64,000 nt of DNA, taken from Octopus sinensis. Taxonomy: Eukaryota. The notes beneath the pieces were generated by a model, which was given only the letters and a program-made list of their open reading frames with translations, did not search any database and was not told the DNA's origin. How positions within the stretch are numbered: position 1 is the stretch's first letter; every line of letters starts with the position of its first letter. The stretch lies in NCBI RefSeq assembly GCF_006345805.1, contig NC_043002.1, positions 23,312,001 to 23,376,000 on the forward strand. The letters run 5' to 3'. The position numbers were made by a program, and so were the translations under genes. This document shows, one piece after another, positions 12,791 to 26,515 of the stretch.

Positions 12791-13565
12791 ACTGAAGCTT
12801 GAAATCATGCTTATAGATTGGCACATAATAGATACCGCATCCGCGGACACTAATGGATCAAAAATATATACGTTATACAACTCGAAAACGTTTTACATCG
12901 TCATCCAAAAGCCACAAATTTTGAACAGAAGTGTCAACATTTTGTGTCATTGTAAATTCAGAACTACTTTTTTGTTTAAGAAATTTCGAAAATCATAGCA
13001 TTGAATTGGTATGTACTGAAATATGGAAGAGAAGTTACATAAGCTATTTTATGACAATAAAAACAAAATCAATAATTCTAAAAACTATAGGTTACATGAA
13101 TTTAAACGTTGTCCCGGGCACCTTATCAAATGAAAAAGACATCACAATATTTATTGTATTATAATTACATTTGTTATTCTAATTATATTTATTTTCTTAT
13201 AATTACATTTATTTTGTTATAATTACCATTATTAATTACATAGTATTTACTTTCTTATAATTATAAGAAAACATTTATTGTCTTTTAAAAATGGATCGTC
13301 TGAAAATAAACTAAAGATATATTTCATTTTATAATTTATTATCATTTTGTAATTACTAATTACCTTTTTAAAAGATTAACACGGATTTCTTTATTCTTTA
13401 GAGAATGTTTTTCGATTAATTTGGGATCGATTAATATATTTTCGATCAATTTATCTTCAACAAATTGATATTTGGAAGATATATTTCCAACGAACATCCC
13501 TAATCTCAGTCAAACATCCTCTAAATGATACATAGGATACCAAATTAAGCTAGTTGAAAAATGAT

Positions 13566-13725
13566 TTATTTTCAAATAAGCCACATAATTGTCTCTAAGG
13601 CCAGCGAGGTTTGAGTGAAGAGGAAAAGTCGATTACATCTACCCCACCAGATGACTAATATAATCGACTCAAAAGAATGAAAGGCAAAATTGACCATGGG
13701 GGTATTTGAACTCATAGCGTAAAAC
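13566..13725 (-). mobile_element. Decayed SINE family B copy
   Basis: AAGTCGATTACATCTACCCC...GAATGAAAGGCAAAATTGACC...TTTGAACTC. Confidence 0.7.
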
Positions 13726-13756
13726 CTCAGTAGAGCAAAGTATTTTTTCCACTAGT

Positions 13757-13985
13757 GTGAAGATGCGTGACCGAGTTGTTAGGGTGTTGCACGCACGATC
13801 ACAAGATCTGGATGTTGCGTTGTATTCTTGAAGAAAACACTTGATTAGACGTTGCTTTAGACCAGTCGTAAATGATTAACTCTGCGACATATTGGTGTCC
13901 ATTTCAGAGGAAATGTGATCTCGGTCACTTACACGCCATGGAAATCGGGTAACCGGACAAATGGATCCTGAGACTCGAAAAAAAG
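13757..13985 (+). mobile_element. Decayed SINE family C2 copy
   Basis: GTGAAGATGCGTGACCGAGTTGTTAGGGTG head and GGAAATCGGGTAACCGG tail, similar to 22035-22269. Confidence 0.55.
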
Positions 13986-14299
13986 TAGAAACAGAATAAA
14001 GTTATTAATTAGGCTAATTATGTTGACAAAGTACATCATAAAGTCTTAAACAAGTTTTGCTATACATTGAGACAAAATAATAAATGACGTCGAATAATCG
14101 GAAATAATTATTGAGTGTTACCTAAATAATTAGGGGGGATTCAAAACCATTTGTGAAAAAAAGTTAATTACACAAACATAAGCTTAATAAAGCTTTACAA
14201 ATTGATGGTTTAGTGGGGATTTATGGATAGTTGATTTAAAAATTAAGTGAAAATAGTGGATAAGGGATCGAGAAGCAAGTCAAAATTCTGTCAAGTAAA

Positions 14300-14434
14300 T
14301 AAGAGTAAAATTCATTTAAGAGTACATTATTTGCATCGATCTCGTGACAAACGTACACGAAGACTCTGTGAATGCCATGAGCATAGACCATTCCTACAAA
14401 CCAATCCAATTAATATAGAGAGAGAAGAGAGAGG

Positions 14435-14471
<37 letters not shown>

Positions 14472-14545
14472 AAATAAACGACGAAAATGTTCAACTACTA
14501 AAGGCAAAAGAATACGTTATAAGAATTCTAAATCCCGAAATAAAC
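14300..14545 (+). mobile_element. Possible Penelope-like GIY-YIG C-terminal remnant split by a microsatellite
   Basis: KINDENVQLLKAKEYVIRILNPEINRK* resembles the KE.YFI..L.P.LN ending of Penelope-like ORFs. Confidence 0.35.
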
Positions 14546-14911
14546 CGAAAATAGCCAACACTCCATATAATAAACAATGGTAAAAGTATATTTATGAATA
14601 ACTATGAAAGACAAGGGAAGAATAATTCATGAAAACTGTAAGTCCGAAAATAAACCGGAAATAATTAATACAACCAATACTACAAAAATAACAACTTCCT
14701 CTTTCATACATTAACCAAGAGTACGCGTGTTTGAAAAGATTAATCGAAAGCGCTCATTCACTCTAGGAAAATAGCTTCTTCCAAAAAGGTTAGATCATCC
14801 TGATAAAGGATTTTATAACTTTTTTTTTAATATTTTTTTTAATCCCCTTTATACTTAAAAACTGAATTAAGTCATTCTCTCAAAGATTTTCAAATGTGTG
14901 TATGTATAAAT

Positions 14912-15025
<114 letters not shown>

Positions 15026-15902
15026 TGTTTCTAAAAATTTGATATCATTTGATATCATTTTAAATTTGAATTACAGAAACTACATAGACAAAGCAAATGA
15101 AGTTAAACAGGCTTAATTTAAGATTTATTCCTCTAAATTTGAATGAGAAATTCAAAGATATGTGGATTCCTTTAACAATTTTACTACAATATGCGTACCG
15201 CCTGAGACATGGCACACATCAAGTGGGTAATCCAGCTCCTCCCAAACACACTGCAGCATGTCTTGTGTAACAGTCTCCAGTGCGGCAGTGATTCTCTGCT
15301 CGAGTTCCTCTAGGTTTGCAGGAAGAGGGGGACCAAGACCAGGCCCTTTACATAGCCCCACGTTTGCGCTTTCGCTTGTCATCTCCTGTTATAGTCTGAA
15401 CGAGCTGTAGCTTGTAGGGTTTCATTAGTAAGCGCTTCCTCAGGATGCACGAAACTGTCGTTGGAGGAATCTGGGTTTCCAGACTTGTTCTTCTTATAGA
15501 CTTCTTGGGACTTCGCAAGAGTTTTTGGCAAACCCACTCAATCGTCTCTTCCGATGTTGGTGGTCGTCCAAATCCTTTTGCCCTGCTCAGACAGCCTTCC
15601 TCTTTGAATTTTTTGTGCCATGTCCAAATCTGGATTGCCGTTGGTGACTTTTTAGAGAACTCTCTCACAAATGCACGCTTGCAGTCTTGTTAACCTGTGT
15701 TCGAGCATACTCCAACACACAAAACGCCTTTTCTCTTGCAGTGAATGCCATTTCTATACCTGAAAAGGTAAACATATCAAACATTAAACATAAAATTTTG
15801 ACCTGTTTCTACACATGCTGTTAAAATTTGAAGTCATTTAAACAAGAACTGGCAAAGTTAATAGATTAGGAAATCATATCAAATTTTTTGAAACACCAAG
15901 TA
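15026..15902 (-). mobile_element. Internally deleted Tc1/mariner element
   Basis: TIRs TGTTTCTAAAAATTTGATATCATTT (15026-15050) and AAATCATATCAAATTTTTTGAAACACC (15871-15897). Minus strand encodes MAFTAREKAFCVLEYART...GRPPTSEETIE...RSPKKSIRRTS...KPYKLQLVQ joined directly to WGYVKG...PLPANLEELEQRITAALETVTQDML; the catalytic core is missing. Confidence 0.85.
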
Positions 15903-15924
15903 AATGCAGATATGTATATATTCG

Positions 15925-16100
15925 TGTATCTGTGTTTGTCCCTCTACCATCGCTTGACAACCGATATTAGTATGTTTACGTTCTCGTAACTAAGAATAAG
16001 TACTAGGCTTACAAAGAATAAGTCCCGGAGTCAATTTGTTCGACTAAAGGCATGCTTCAGCAAGGCTGCAGTCAAATGACTGAAACAAGTAAAAGAATAA

Positions 16101-16101
<1 letters not shown>
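15925..16101 (+). mobile_element. SINE family A, 3' half
   Basis: CATCGCTTGACAACCGAT...GCAGTCAAATGACTGAAACAAGTAAAAGA. Confidence 0.85.
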
Positions 16102-16142
<41 letters not shown>

Positions 16143-16904
16143 GCACACACAGATAATATTATGAAGAGAAAGTTAAACGAAATGCATACACCTTCAACCA
16201 TAACTTCGGGTTACCGTATTTGATGGCATTTAGAATGCACATTTTCCCAAAGACAATGTCTCAAAAAGCACCCTGAGTTCTATATGCAATGTCAGGCCTC
16301 CCACACACTTTGAAGCACTCATGTCTTGCATCTTTTATGCTATCAAATAGAGTAACTAAAGCCTTGTCAATAAAATCCCTTAGCTCATACTACACAAATT
16401 TCAACTCTGAGTTTCACGTTTTATCGATTCTCAAGCAATGAAAAAAATCAATGAAAAAAAATCAAATCCTCTTGTATTTATATACGAAAAAAAAACATTT
16501 ATTACAAAAGTCAACAGCAAGAAACTTGTTCGTTTAGTTGGAGCGTATAAACAATATTATACATCACCTGTCAGACGTTAACTCCGCAAGACTTCATGAA
16601 ATATTTCAGTGAAAATTTCCGAATTATAGTGACAAAAAGATTGAATGTAAAATGTACGTTAAGAAAAGATTTTTTTCAGTTATTTATTTAGAATGTACAA
16701 CACTATTGTACGAGGCTGTCTAGCGTTCAACTGCTAGGCATTTTAAGATATTTCAACAAATATTTCGAATTATGGCGTCAAAGATATTAACTCTGAAAGT
16801 GCTTTTTACAGTTATGTATACATGTGTATATATATATATACTTTTGAATGGCGACAAAAATATTAACTCTGAAAGGTGTTATTTTTATATTACGTATATA
16901 TCTG

Positions 16905-16953
<49 letters not shown>

Positions 16954-17063
16954 TTGCTTTTAAATAACGACAAAGATATTACCTCTGAATGGGTGCAATT
17001 TTACAATATGTGTATGTGTATGTGTACACACACACACACAAACATACACACACACACACACCA

Positions 17064-17181
<118 letters not shown>

Positions 17182-17505
17182 GCTTTCAAATAAGTATCTT
17201 CTTTTTCTCCTTAAAACATTTCTAATTTTTATCATTTTTATTTTTGTTATTATATCCTAAATTCCGTATTTCTAACAATAATATCACTCTATATATTGTA
17301 AGCAATTTTAAGTTGGTTTTTACGACATTCAATTCCATTTCATATTTTCAATAAAAAGGTGGAATGTTCTAAAAGACGGTTAAGGTAAAGAACGATTCTG
17401 GTCTTTCTAATTGCTTTACACAAAATTCTTCAGGTTTCTGTCTACAGCTGTAATTATTCGTCATATATTTTCCCTCTGTTCATATTCACTGCCAGTTAAC
17501 ATTAT

Positions 17506-17539
<34 letters not shown>

Positions 17540-17940
17540 CCACTGTCTTATTCTTAGTGAGCAAGTACTACGTCTCTTTATTTAAATGTCTGTATATCTA
17601 TATCTCTCTATGCATATTTCTATTTGCTTTATATCTCAGAGCGGAGGTTCTTGTTTTCTTTTTTCGCTCGAGATTAGCACTCAGTTGATGAAGGGAGAAT
17701 ATTGTTTTCAATCGATGAGGGAACAATATGGTGGTCAATCGTCCAGACAGAAATGGCAGCTACACACATGACATACTACTGTGTTAGAAAAATTAAGGAG
17801 GCACTGGATAATGTGGCCCTACACTACCTGAAATAAAAGAGGCGTGGGTCATTCTGGAATATTTTTGATGAGAGATATTCTCGGCAAGGCTGACATGAGA
17901 CTAAACAACTGAAACACCATCCGGAAGGAAACATTCGAAA

Positions 17941-18172
17941 AGCGGCGAGCTGGCAGAATCGTTAGCAGGCCGGGCGAAATGCTTTGCAGTATTTCGTCTG
18001 CCTTTACATTCTGAGTTCAAATTCCGCCGAGGTAGACTTTGCCTTTCATCCTTTCGGGGTCGATAAATTAAGTATCAGTTATACACTGGTGTCGATGTAA
18101 TCGACTTAATCCGTTTGTCTGTCCTTATTTGTCCCCTCTATGTTTAGCCCCTTGTGGGCAATAAAGAAATGA
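17941..18172 (+). mobile_element. Full-length tRNA-derived SINE family B with 13-bp TSD
   Basis: Head GCGGCGAGCTGGCAGAATCGTTAGC, B-box-like GAGTTCAAATTCC, tail GTGGGCAATAAAGAAAT; TSD GAAACATTCGAAA at 17928-17940 and 18173-18185. Confidence 0.92.
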
Positions 18173-18666
18173 GAAACATTCGAAAGTATCCTAACAGATT
18201 TATTGTTAGAGTTCGGTGTCATGAGAAGGACGAGTGTTGTATACTTCTTGTTTGTTTGCGTCAAATTATATTTGAAGATTATAATTTTCCAAGTGAAATT
18301 TGGTTTTGTGACAACATTTCTTTTGCTTAAGACATCGGTTTTTAGGATTACGATTAGCAATGTTTCCGCCATGCATTACTTTGGTCCTTATGTGTGAGAC
18401 GTGGTATGTATGATGCTTGACCAATCGATTTCAAATCAGTTCAAATCAGACAACTTTCTATCCCACATTTCAGACCAGCTATCTTCAAATATTTAGAACC
18501 CAATAATACAAGCACTAACTACGGGATACAATACATAAAACATTGTTCCAGCTTTTCAGAGCTTGCAACGGTCCAAATAAACAAAAGAACAAAAAAACAA
18601 ACAAGGTGAAACAAGGTTGAAACAATGCTTTTATCCTTCTGCTGTATATTTGTATACTCTTTTTTT

Positions 18667-18876
18667 TTTACTCTTTTACTTCTTTCAGTCATTTGACTGG
18701 GGCCATGCTAGAGCACCGACTTTAGTCGAGAAAATTGACCCCTGGACTTACTCTTTGTACGCCTAGTATTTATTCTATAGGTCTCTTTTGCCGAACCGCT
18801 AAGTTACGGGGACATAAACACACCAGCATCGGTTGTCAAACGATGTTGGGGGACAAGTACAGCCACACAAATATAT

Positions 18877-18945
<69 letters not shown>

Positions 18946-19106
18946 GACGGGCTTCTTTCAGTTCCGTCTACCAAATCCTCTCACAAGGCTTTGGTTGGCC
19001 CGAGGCTATAGTAGAAGACACTTGCCCAAGGTGCCACGCAGTGGGACTGAACCCAAAACCATGTGGTTGGTAAGCAAGCTACTTACCACACAGTCACTCC
19101 TGCGCC
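18667..19106 (-). mobile_element. Full-length tRNA-derived SINE family A with internal microsatellite
   Basis: Minus-strand head GGCGCAGGAGTGACTGTGTGGTAAG...GGTTCAGTCCCACTGCGTGGCACCTTGGGCAAGTG, internal (TA/TG) tract, tail ...GACTGAAAGAAGTAAAAGAG. Confidence 0.92.
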
Positions 19107-19404
19107 TTTTTTGTCTTCTTCTCGCATGTTTCCGATATTGAAACCAGATTGACGACTGAAACCTGCGGATAGATGAACTACATTTTCACTATGTAAATCA
19201 GTATTTTCCAACCTGGGGCTATAATAAAGTTCAGTAGAGTCATAGAAAAATCGGGGAATTGGGAAATAGCTCATGGTCAATGAAGTGGGCGATCAAGCTC
19301 AATGAAGAGGCCACACAACTACTACCCTGTTTCCTCCTAAAAATTTCTATTACTGGCAACTCTTTAAAATTTATACGAAAAACATAGTCATACACATTTT
19401 TTTT

Positions 19405-19692
19405 TCGCTCTTTTCAAGCCTAGCCAGGCTCATGGGCCCGGTTTCCCGGTTTCTGTGGTGTATGTGCCCCCCACAGCTGGACGGGACGCCAGTCCATCGC
19501 AGCGTTATTCAAGAAACAGGAAGAGAGAGTGAGAGAAAGTTGGGGCGAAAGAGTACAACAGGGGTCGCCACCACCCCCTGCCGGAGCATCGTGGAGCTTT
19601 AGATGTTTTTGCTCAATAAAAACACACAACGCTCGGTCTGGGAATCGAAACCGCGAGTCCTCTGCCCTAACCACTGGGCCATTGTGCCTACA
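19405..19692 (-). mobile_element. SINE family C with tail type i
   Basis: Reverse complement closely matches 49968-50280. Confidence 0.9.
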
Positions 19693-19829
19693 CAGCCATA
19701 CACATACACATAATAAATTTTCTGTTAAATTTTGTCATGACAGAAAACAAAAAACGGTTCATTTGACACGGCAATAATAATTTATCATTGATGAATAAAG
19801 TATCAATTTGGCATTGGGAAAGCCATATA

Positions 19830-20260
19830 CATATTAAGTATTATGTTACTGCTTTGAAGTTCACAAATCTGGTGACAATCTCTGAGAGTAATTGTCTGCA
19901 TCGCTTCGCTGTAATGTTTCTGAATGGTAAGCAGCTTGGAGAAGAAATCCGAGCTGCCAAAGGTAGCAGATTCTACCTTTCTGATATATTTTGAGAAGCT
20001 CGAATTCCTGAACAGCTAGAAAGGTAAAAATATAAATTTTTAATTTCGGAAAGAACCAACTAATGCCTTGTGTGGAAAATTTGATTTATTCGAGATAAAT
20101 ACCAGGCGTGAGGAGTTGGTACATTTCCCAATCTTTGCCATTATTGAGGAGGAGCTGCGAGAGGATTATATTTTAGTGTACATTGAGCGTTTGAAGAAGT
20201 TGCACAATGGTAAGGAAATTCCAAGTTCAACCAACCGTTCAGATATTCAATCTATGATAG
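19830..20260 (+). mobile_element. Decayed hAT (Charlie/Buster-like) transposase fragment
   Basis: Peptides RFYLSDIF, EKLEFLNS*KGKN and LCGKFDLFEINTRREELVHFPIF...YIERLKKLH resemble the hAT YL.DIF..LN.LN..LQGK...F..KL......HFP segment. Confidence 0.6.
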
Positions 20261-20420
20261 GTCTTCGAAAAATCGTAGGAATATTGCCCAGACGTCTAGG
20301 TTTGCTTTGCTGACCTCGGAAAGAAATAACCGCATAGTACCGAACGTGCTGTGAAGTATTTTGCGGAAGTTTGGATTAAAGTGGCAACTTCTGGTTGCCG
20401 TGAAGTCCCTATAAGAATGC

Positions 20421-20553
20421 CCCCTCTAAACATAGAGGGGACAAACAAGGACAGACAAAGGGATTAAGTCGATTACATCGACCCCAGTACATAACTGGCA
20501 CTTAATTTATCGACCCCGAAAGGATGAAAGGCAAAGTCGACCTCGGCGGAATT
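20421..20553 (-). mobile_element. 5'-truncated SINE family B
   Basis: Near-consensus reverse complement of the family B body. Confidence 0.88.
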
Positions 20554-20911
20554 AGGAAAGATATTTCATTATCTTTCCTAATTCTTACCTCGTTCAGTCA
20601 GGTTTTAGCCGAGTGTCTTTCCTGCAATCAAAATTCGCAATCGCTCAGAAATTGTAAGCAACAGTTACTTATTTTACCAACCCCTAAAAAGATGAAAGGC
20701 AAAGTCGACCTCTGTGGAATAAATTAATCTGTCATGAGTAACAAGTGAAGTATAAAGTTTCGAAAAGAACACATCATTTGAGATATAGTGGTAAATACAT
20801 ACATACATATATATATATATAATTACATAATAAGGGCAGAAATTGATGTAAATCAATTAAAACCAGTGGCTTAGTATATTTAAAAAATCCGTAGATTAAA
20901 ATTTGTGTTAC

Positions 20912-21062
20912 ATACAAAATTTAGAGGAATGACCACTAAAGTGGACACCCTATACGCTAAACATAGACGTTCTCAAGAACACATTCTTCGTGGTAATGGC
21001 GATTTGACGTCTATGTATAGCATATAGGGTGTCCACTTGAGTGGTCATTCCTCTAAATTTTG

Positions 21063-21065
<3 letters not shown>
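20912..21065. mobile_element. 154-bp hairpin (MITE-like) element
   Basis: 59-bp arms at 20912-20970 and 21007-21065, 56/59 complementary, 36-bp spacer, (TA)n on the right flank. Confidence 0.7.
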
Positions 21066-21127
<62 letters not shown>

Positions 21128-21267
21128 GACACAGAGACAGAGAGAGAGAGAGAGAAATACGTATACATGAATACACGTATATATAAAGTTCGCTTAGGCA
21201 TTGTGAGACTAATAACCTGGTGTAGAACTCAATACACATTAGTCGATTAGTCGATTACAAAGTGGCA

Positions 21268-21405
21268 ATATGCAAATGTCTGACTAACAGTTTGACCAGG
21301 AAGAATAAATTCTTTGAGGACAATTCCTTTTGCATTGATGAAACAGATCAGCATCGTCTTGACATTGGACTTCATTTGACACACTTTGCTTACTTGCATG
21401 AGCCT
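21268..21405 (-). mobile_element. Mariner transposase catalytic-domain fragment
   Basis: Minus strand reads QMKSNVKTMLICFINAKGIVLKEFILPGQTVSQTF, matching mariner KSNVKTMLI.FFD..GIVH.EF.P.GQTVN. Confidence 0.8.
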
Positions 21406-21552
21406 CAAGGACTAAATACAGTAAAAAGATAATATGCTATATATTTTTATTTTGTTAAAGAATTATAATTTTCGGATCAAAAAGTAGTGAATTTTTAGAA
21501 ATTATTAATTTTCTGCGCGCGCGCGCGTGTATGTGTGTAAGTGCGTGCGTGC

Positions 21553-21640
<88 letters not shown>

Positions 21641-22034
21641 ACAAAAATGATATACGATTATAAATGGTTGTTTTATTAAACCTGCAAAATATTTTTGTTT
21701 TTGTGAAATAAAATAAGAGAGAATAAATGTGTAAGTAACAGGCTCTGGTGTTCCGTTAATGATAAAAGACAGATCACCTTTGAAGAAAATATTTTTTCAA
21801 GTGTTCATTCATTATAAATTTTTGCTAAAAGTTTTCATTTCGGACTATCAGTTTTTAAATACTGATAGAAAAAAATTCATGATAATAAAACTAATTTTTA
21901 AAATTAATATTTAAAGATTAGTTTAGATTTAATAAGTTTTATTTTTTCATTGAAGGTTTTTAATTTTTTCAAAAGTGACCTATTTATACTATAAACAATT
22001 TATGACAAAATTCAAGTTCCTTTTCGGTAATAAT

Positions 22035-22269
22035 GCCTGCAGGGCCACAGAAGGGCCGGTTTCCCGGTTTCAGTGGCGTAGAAATTCCCCACCTGGACAG
22101 GACGCCGGTCCGTCGCAGGATTACTCATTTGTGCCAGCTGAGTGGACTGGAGCAACGTGAAATGAAGTGTTTTGCTCAAGAACACAACGCTTCGCCCGGT
22201 CCACGAATCGAAACCACAACCTTATGATCATGAGTTCAACACCCTAACCACTAAGCCACGCGCCTCCAC
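22035..22269 (-). mobile_element. SINE family C2 (variant head)
   Basis: Minus-strand head GTGGAGGCGCGTGGCTTAGTGGTTAGGGTG...GGTTTCGATTCG; tail CACTGAAACCGGGAAACCGGCCC resembles tail type i. Confidence 0.85.
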
Positions 22270-22760
22270 AGAATGGGAATTAACTATTGTTAATTCCCAC
22301 CATGCATTTTTTTCTTTTCTCCTTTTGCTGTTTACTTTTCTCTCTCGTTCTTTCTTGCTCTTTCTCGCATTTTCTCAGAGCACAACCATGTTTTATTTTG
22401 ATCTTAAAGGATTTCATGGTGGTACACAGCACGCTACACAAGCTCGTCCGGTTACTGTATTATTGGGACATGAAACTTGCAGCAACTCACATTTATATCT
22501 CGTTTTTATTAAATAACTTATCTCCCACTCAACGGAGTACGCTAAATGCGTGTGTGTGTGTGTATGTGTGTGTGTGTGTGTGTGCGTGTGCGTGCGGGCA
22601 TGTCCGCATCATTGCCGCTTAGATTGATTGTACTATCGGAACCGTAACACACATATTCAAGAAGATTCGGCTTCTAATAAAAAAAAGACAGTTTATTTCT
22701 ATATTTAATATATCTATTTTATCTCTATCCTTGCACTCTTTCAATCTCTTTTTCTCTATT

Positions 22761-22832
<72 letters not shown>

Positions 22833-22887
22833 ATATATATATATATATATATTTCAATGTGTCTGTAAGCATGTACATTATATATAC

Positions 22888-22928
<41 letters not shown>

Positions 22929-23518
22929 GTGTGTGTGTGTGTGTGTGCGTGTGTGTGCGTGTGTGTATGTGTGTGTGTGTGTGCCGTATGTATGTAACTC
23001 GTTTCATTTATGCACAAACAACCGGATCCAAGCATGTATAAGCAAACATGTAAATGCACAACAGCACAGCAACACCAACAATTAACACCAAAACAGAAGA
23101 TTGTCCCTCCGGAAATATATATCTGTTTTTATTGACAGCAACTATATTGGTCATATACACATTGGATATAAGAAATTAATATAAATGTGTGCGGCCGGAC
23201 CTACGTGTGATAAGAAAGTGTGAGTGTTTGCCTCTATGTGCATATGTTCCTAAGTGTGTGTGCGTGTGTGTGCGTGTGTGTGCATATATGTTCTTAGCCA
23301 CATTAGTGTATCTGTGCGTGAATATATGTATATATTGATATACAATTATGTGCATATATACGCATGTACATGCATATGTACATACATGTGTATATATGAG
23401 TGTATATGTGTGTGTATGTATTTGTCTATATACATGTATATATGTATATATATATATATAAACATGTATAATATATATACATACTTACACATATATACGT
23501 GTGTGAGTATATATATAC

Positions 23519-23610
<92 letters not shown>

Positions 23611-23829
23611 TGTATGTATACGAGGCTAAATATATATTAAGCATGTATACTAATTTCGTTGTACATATCTATATATGCCTATTGGTACATTCCAACAAAT
23701 ATATATAGCTCCGTCAATGTACGAAAATATTCCAATAATCCTGTCTAACGATGCCGTTTCAAGCTCACAATTCACTCAAGGCTAGGTTACCGTACTATAC
23801 GCCCCTTACAAAAGTCGAGCTCAAACAAC

Positions 23830-24420
23830 ATATCAACTTTGTACAGCTTCCTTTCTTTTTTACTTCAACTGTTCCTGCCTTATGATCGAACATTAACCTG
23901 AAAGAAATCGAAAAAGATTCAAAAACACATACCAACTCAGGATTGTATTGAACAACTATGTATCCTAAAATCATATAGAAAATATTTAATAAACACATGT
24001 CGTCACGATGTAAATTTATAAACCGTGGATAAACAACAACTATAAAGGAGGTTAGGCAACTATAAAAGATTATCGGACCGGCTAGTGGGGCCTCTTGTTT
24101 TGCTCGATTGACATGCATATCGCTCCATCTCGAATGGCCAGCACCAACACAACAAACAGCTCATTCTTTAATCACCACCCAGAAAACGACACACTACTTT
24201 CAAAGTATATTTGGAAATATAAACACAAAAGGAAGATCACTAACATGTCATAAGCAGTGTTAGATATGGATCGTGTGTTTAAAAAAAAGGGTCAAAGTCA
24301 TGTACATTCTACCACACGAAAAAGTTCCACATCATTTGAAATGCCAACAAAGAATTTCAAAACAGGAACCAGCTCCAAAAGACCGATGATGCTTTCAGTT
24401 GTCTGAGAATTGTTACAGTG
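23830..24420 (+). mobile_element. Decayed Penelope-like ORF 3' part (GIY-YIG)
   Basis: Peptides TLLSKYIWKYK (24191-24223) and KSCTFYHTKKFHII resemble T.LSK.IW.LK and KC.LC..EK..II of Penelope-like elements. Confidence 0.45.
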
Positions 24421-24674
24421 TAATCTTCATTGGATTTGATATCAATTTGGATGTAGATTACTATAGAGATCTAACCGAAAGTATCGTGAGAAAGCGGAGA
24501 AAGGTATAAAAGCAGTTTCGACATCCCCGCCACAATGTCCTCGTACACATTGCGGTTATCTCCCAATATTTTCAGTGACTAAAGCTGCTAGTTTTGCCGT
24601 GCTCTTGCAGCTGCCATAAAGCTCAAAGAGCGAGTCAAACAAGTTCTTTGTTACGTCACCTGAAAGATCTAAAA

Positions 24675-24966
24675 CAGTGCTTCTCAAAATATCTGATATG
24701 GCGTAGCGGCAGCTTTTTCTTTCCAATGTGCCAGGGACCTGTAATATTTCTTAGTAATATTAATTTATACTGGAAACAATATATATATAATGAATATACT
24801 AAAAGTTGACAATTTTTTTTTATCCTATATTTATTTTGTAAACAAACGATACAATATTACATAAGCACTTTATGTTTCTTTTTTTTTCTGGAAACTCGCC
24901 GCGTACCGGTAGCTGATGGCTCGCGGACCGGCACCGGTCCGTGGACCACCACTTTGAGTAGGATTG
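24675..24966. mobile_element. Non-autonomous hAT (Charlie-like) element
   Basis: Ends CAGTGCTTCTCAAA and TTTGAGTAGGATTG; 8-bp flanks ATCTAAAA (24667-24674) and ATCTAAGG (24967-24974) resemble a hAT TSD. Confidence 0.7.
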
Positions 24967-25224
24967 ATCTAAGGGACACATTTTTGAAAACGAAGATGAA
25001 TAATGAACTATTTTTGAGAAAATTCTGAACGAGATTTCTTTGAAAAACCATTCTGAATTTCAACTCTCGGGAAAATGTATTGACAATTTTGGTGAAAATG
25101 AAGAGAAATGATACTTATATAGCACTGATAACGATCCCATTTAGCCCAACATGCTGAAATTTTAATTTCATTTAAACCCAATTATTGGAGTATTGTGTGT
25201 ATGCATGTATTTTAGCTTTAGGTA

Positions 25225-25420
25225 AAAGCCATGATGGATCGCTAGCTACTAAACCTTTTTATTTTCTTTCTCTGTTTCTGTGTTCCTTTCTGTGGAAGAG
25301 CGTAGGCTCGAAACGTAAAAGACTTTCTCACTTCCCGAGCGTTAAACTAATACATCTGTTGTTTACACACCCGTTTTCGTCTTTTGTTTTGTTTTTTTTT
25401 TGTTGTTTTTTTGTTTTTTT
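25225..25420 (+). mobile_element. Penelope-like terminal-repeat family P with corrupted hammerhead-like core
   Basis: TGGAAGAGCGTAGGCTCGAAACGTA motif; same family at 5720 and 58706. Confidence 0.55.
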
Positions 25421-25904
25421 TAGATTCTCACTTAGATTTTATAGCACGATATTTCAGAGAAATCACATAAAGCCCAGGTATTTCACTGGTGACACACATG
25501 CTATAGATTCGCCATTACTTGCTTGTATTTATATTGTGAATATGCATTTATTGAACCAGGCACGTCTTCGAGTATATATGTGTGTGCATATGTGTTTAGG
25601 TATATGTGTATTTATATGTGTTTGTGTCTGAGTATATTTTAATATCTATTCTCTATGTATGCGTGCAGATGATACGTGTGTGTGTTGCATAGTGTGTGTG
25701 TGTGTCGTATGTTCAGTGGTGTCTGAACAACTCAATAGGTTACGCGGGCGAACCGGCTGTGATTGAAATATTTTATGAACTATTTTGCGAATTAATATCG
25801 GAATGAACGAAGAATGAATAAATATCAATTATTTAAAATTAAATTCGGAAATGAATACATATAGCATAGAGACAGTAAAAACAATATTGAATTAAAATAT
25901 CGGT

Positions 25905-26160
<256 letters not shown>

Positions 26161-26470
26161 TCTTTATTAAGTTAGGATTGAAGCAGACCAATGTTGAAAG
26201 CAATCGCAGAATTGACCATTCCGTTCCTTTCAGGTACTGGGAATTTACGATTACATTACCTAATATCTTCTTCCTTTTATAAGAGAGAAGGGTGTGCGAC
26301 GAAGGGAGATTTCATTGTTATTTCTAGCACATCTTCGTACCATGTAAAGGTTTCGTCGTTAGCTCGCCGTGATATCGATTTTTGGAAAAATAAATACAAT
26401 TGAAAGTAATTAGAATTGACGCTCTGCGGTGGTTGAATGTAGATACATGTGTTTATGTGTGTGTGTGTGT

Positions 26471-26515
<45 letters not shown>

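Noticed and set aside
25290-25315. Active hammerhead in family P (GGAAGAGCGTAGGCTCGAAACGTA)
   Set aside because: The CUGA is missing, and the GAGC/GCTC hairpin would sequester core residues G8 and A9.
26234-26403. Plus-strand exon after a strong TTCCTTTCAG acceptor (GTGNLRLHYL...)
   Set aside because: No convincing donor and no recognisable product; insufficient without RNA data.
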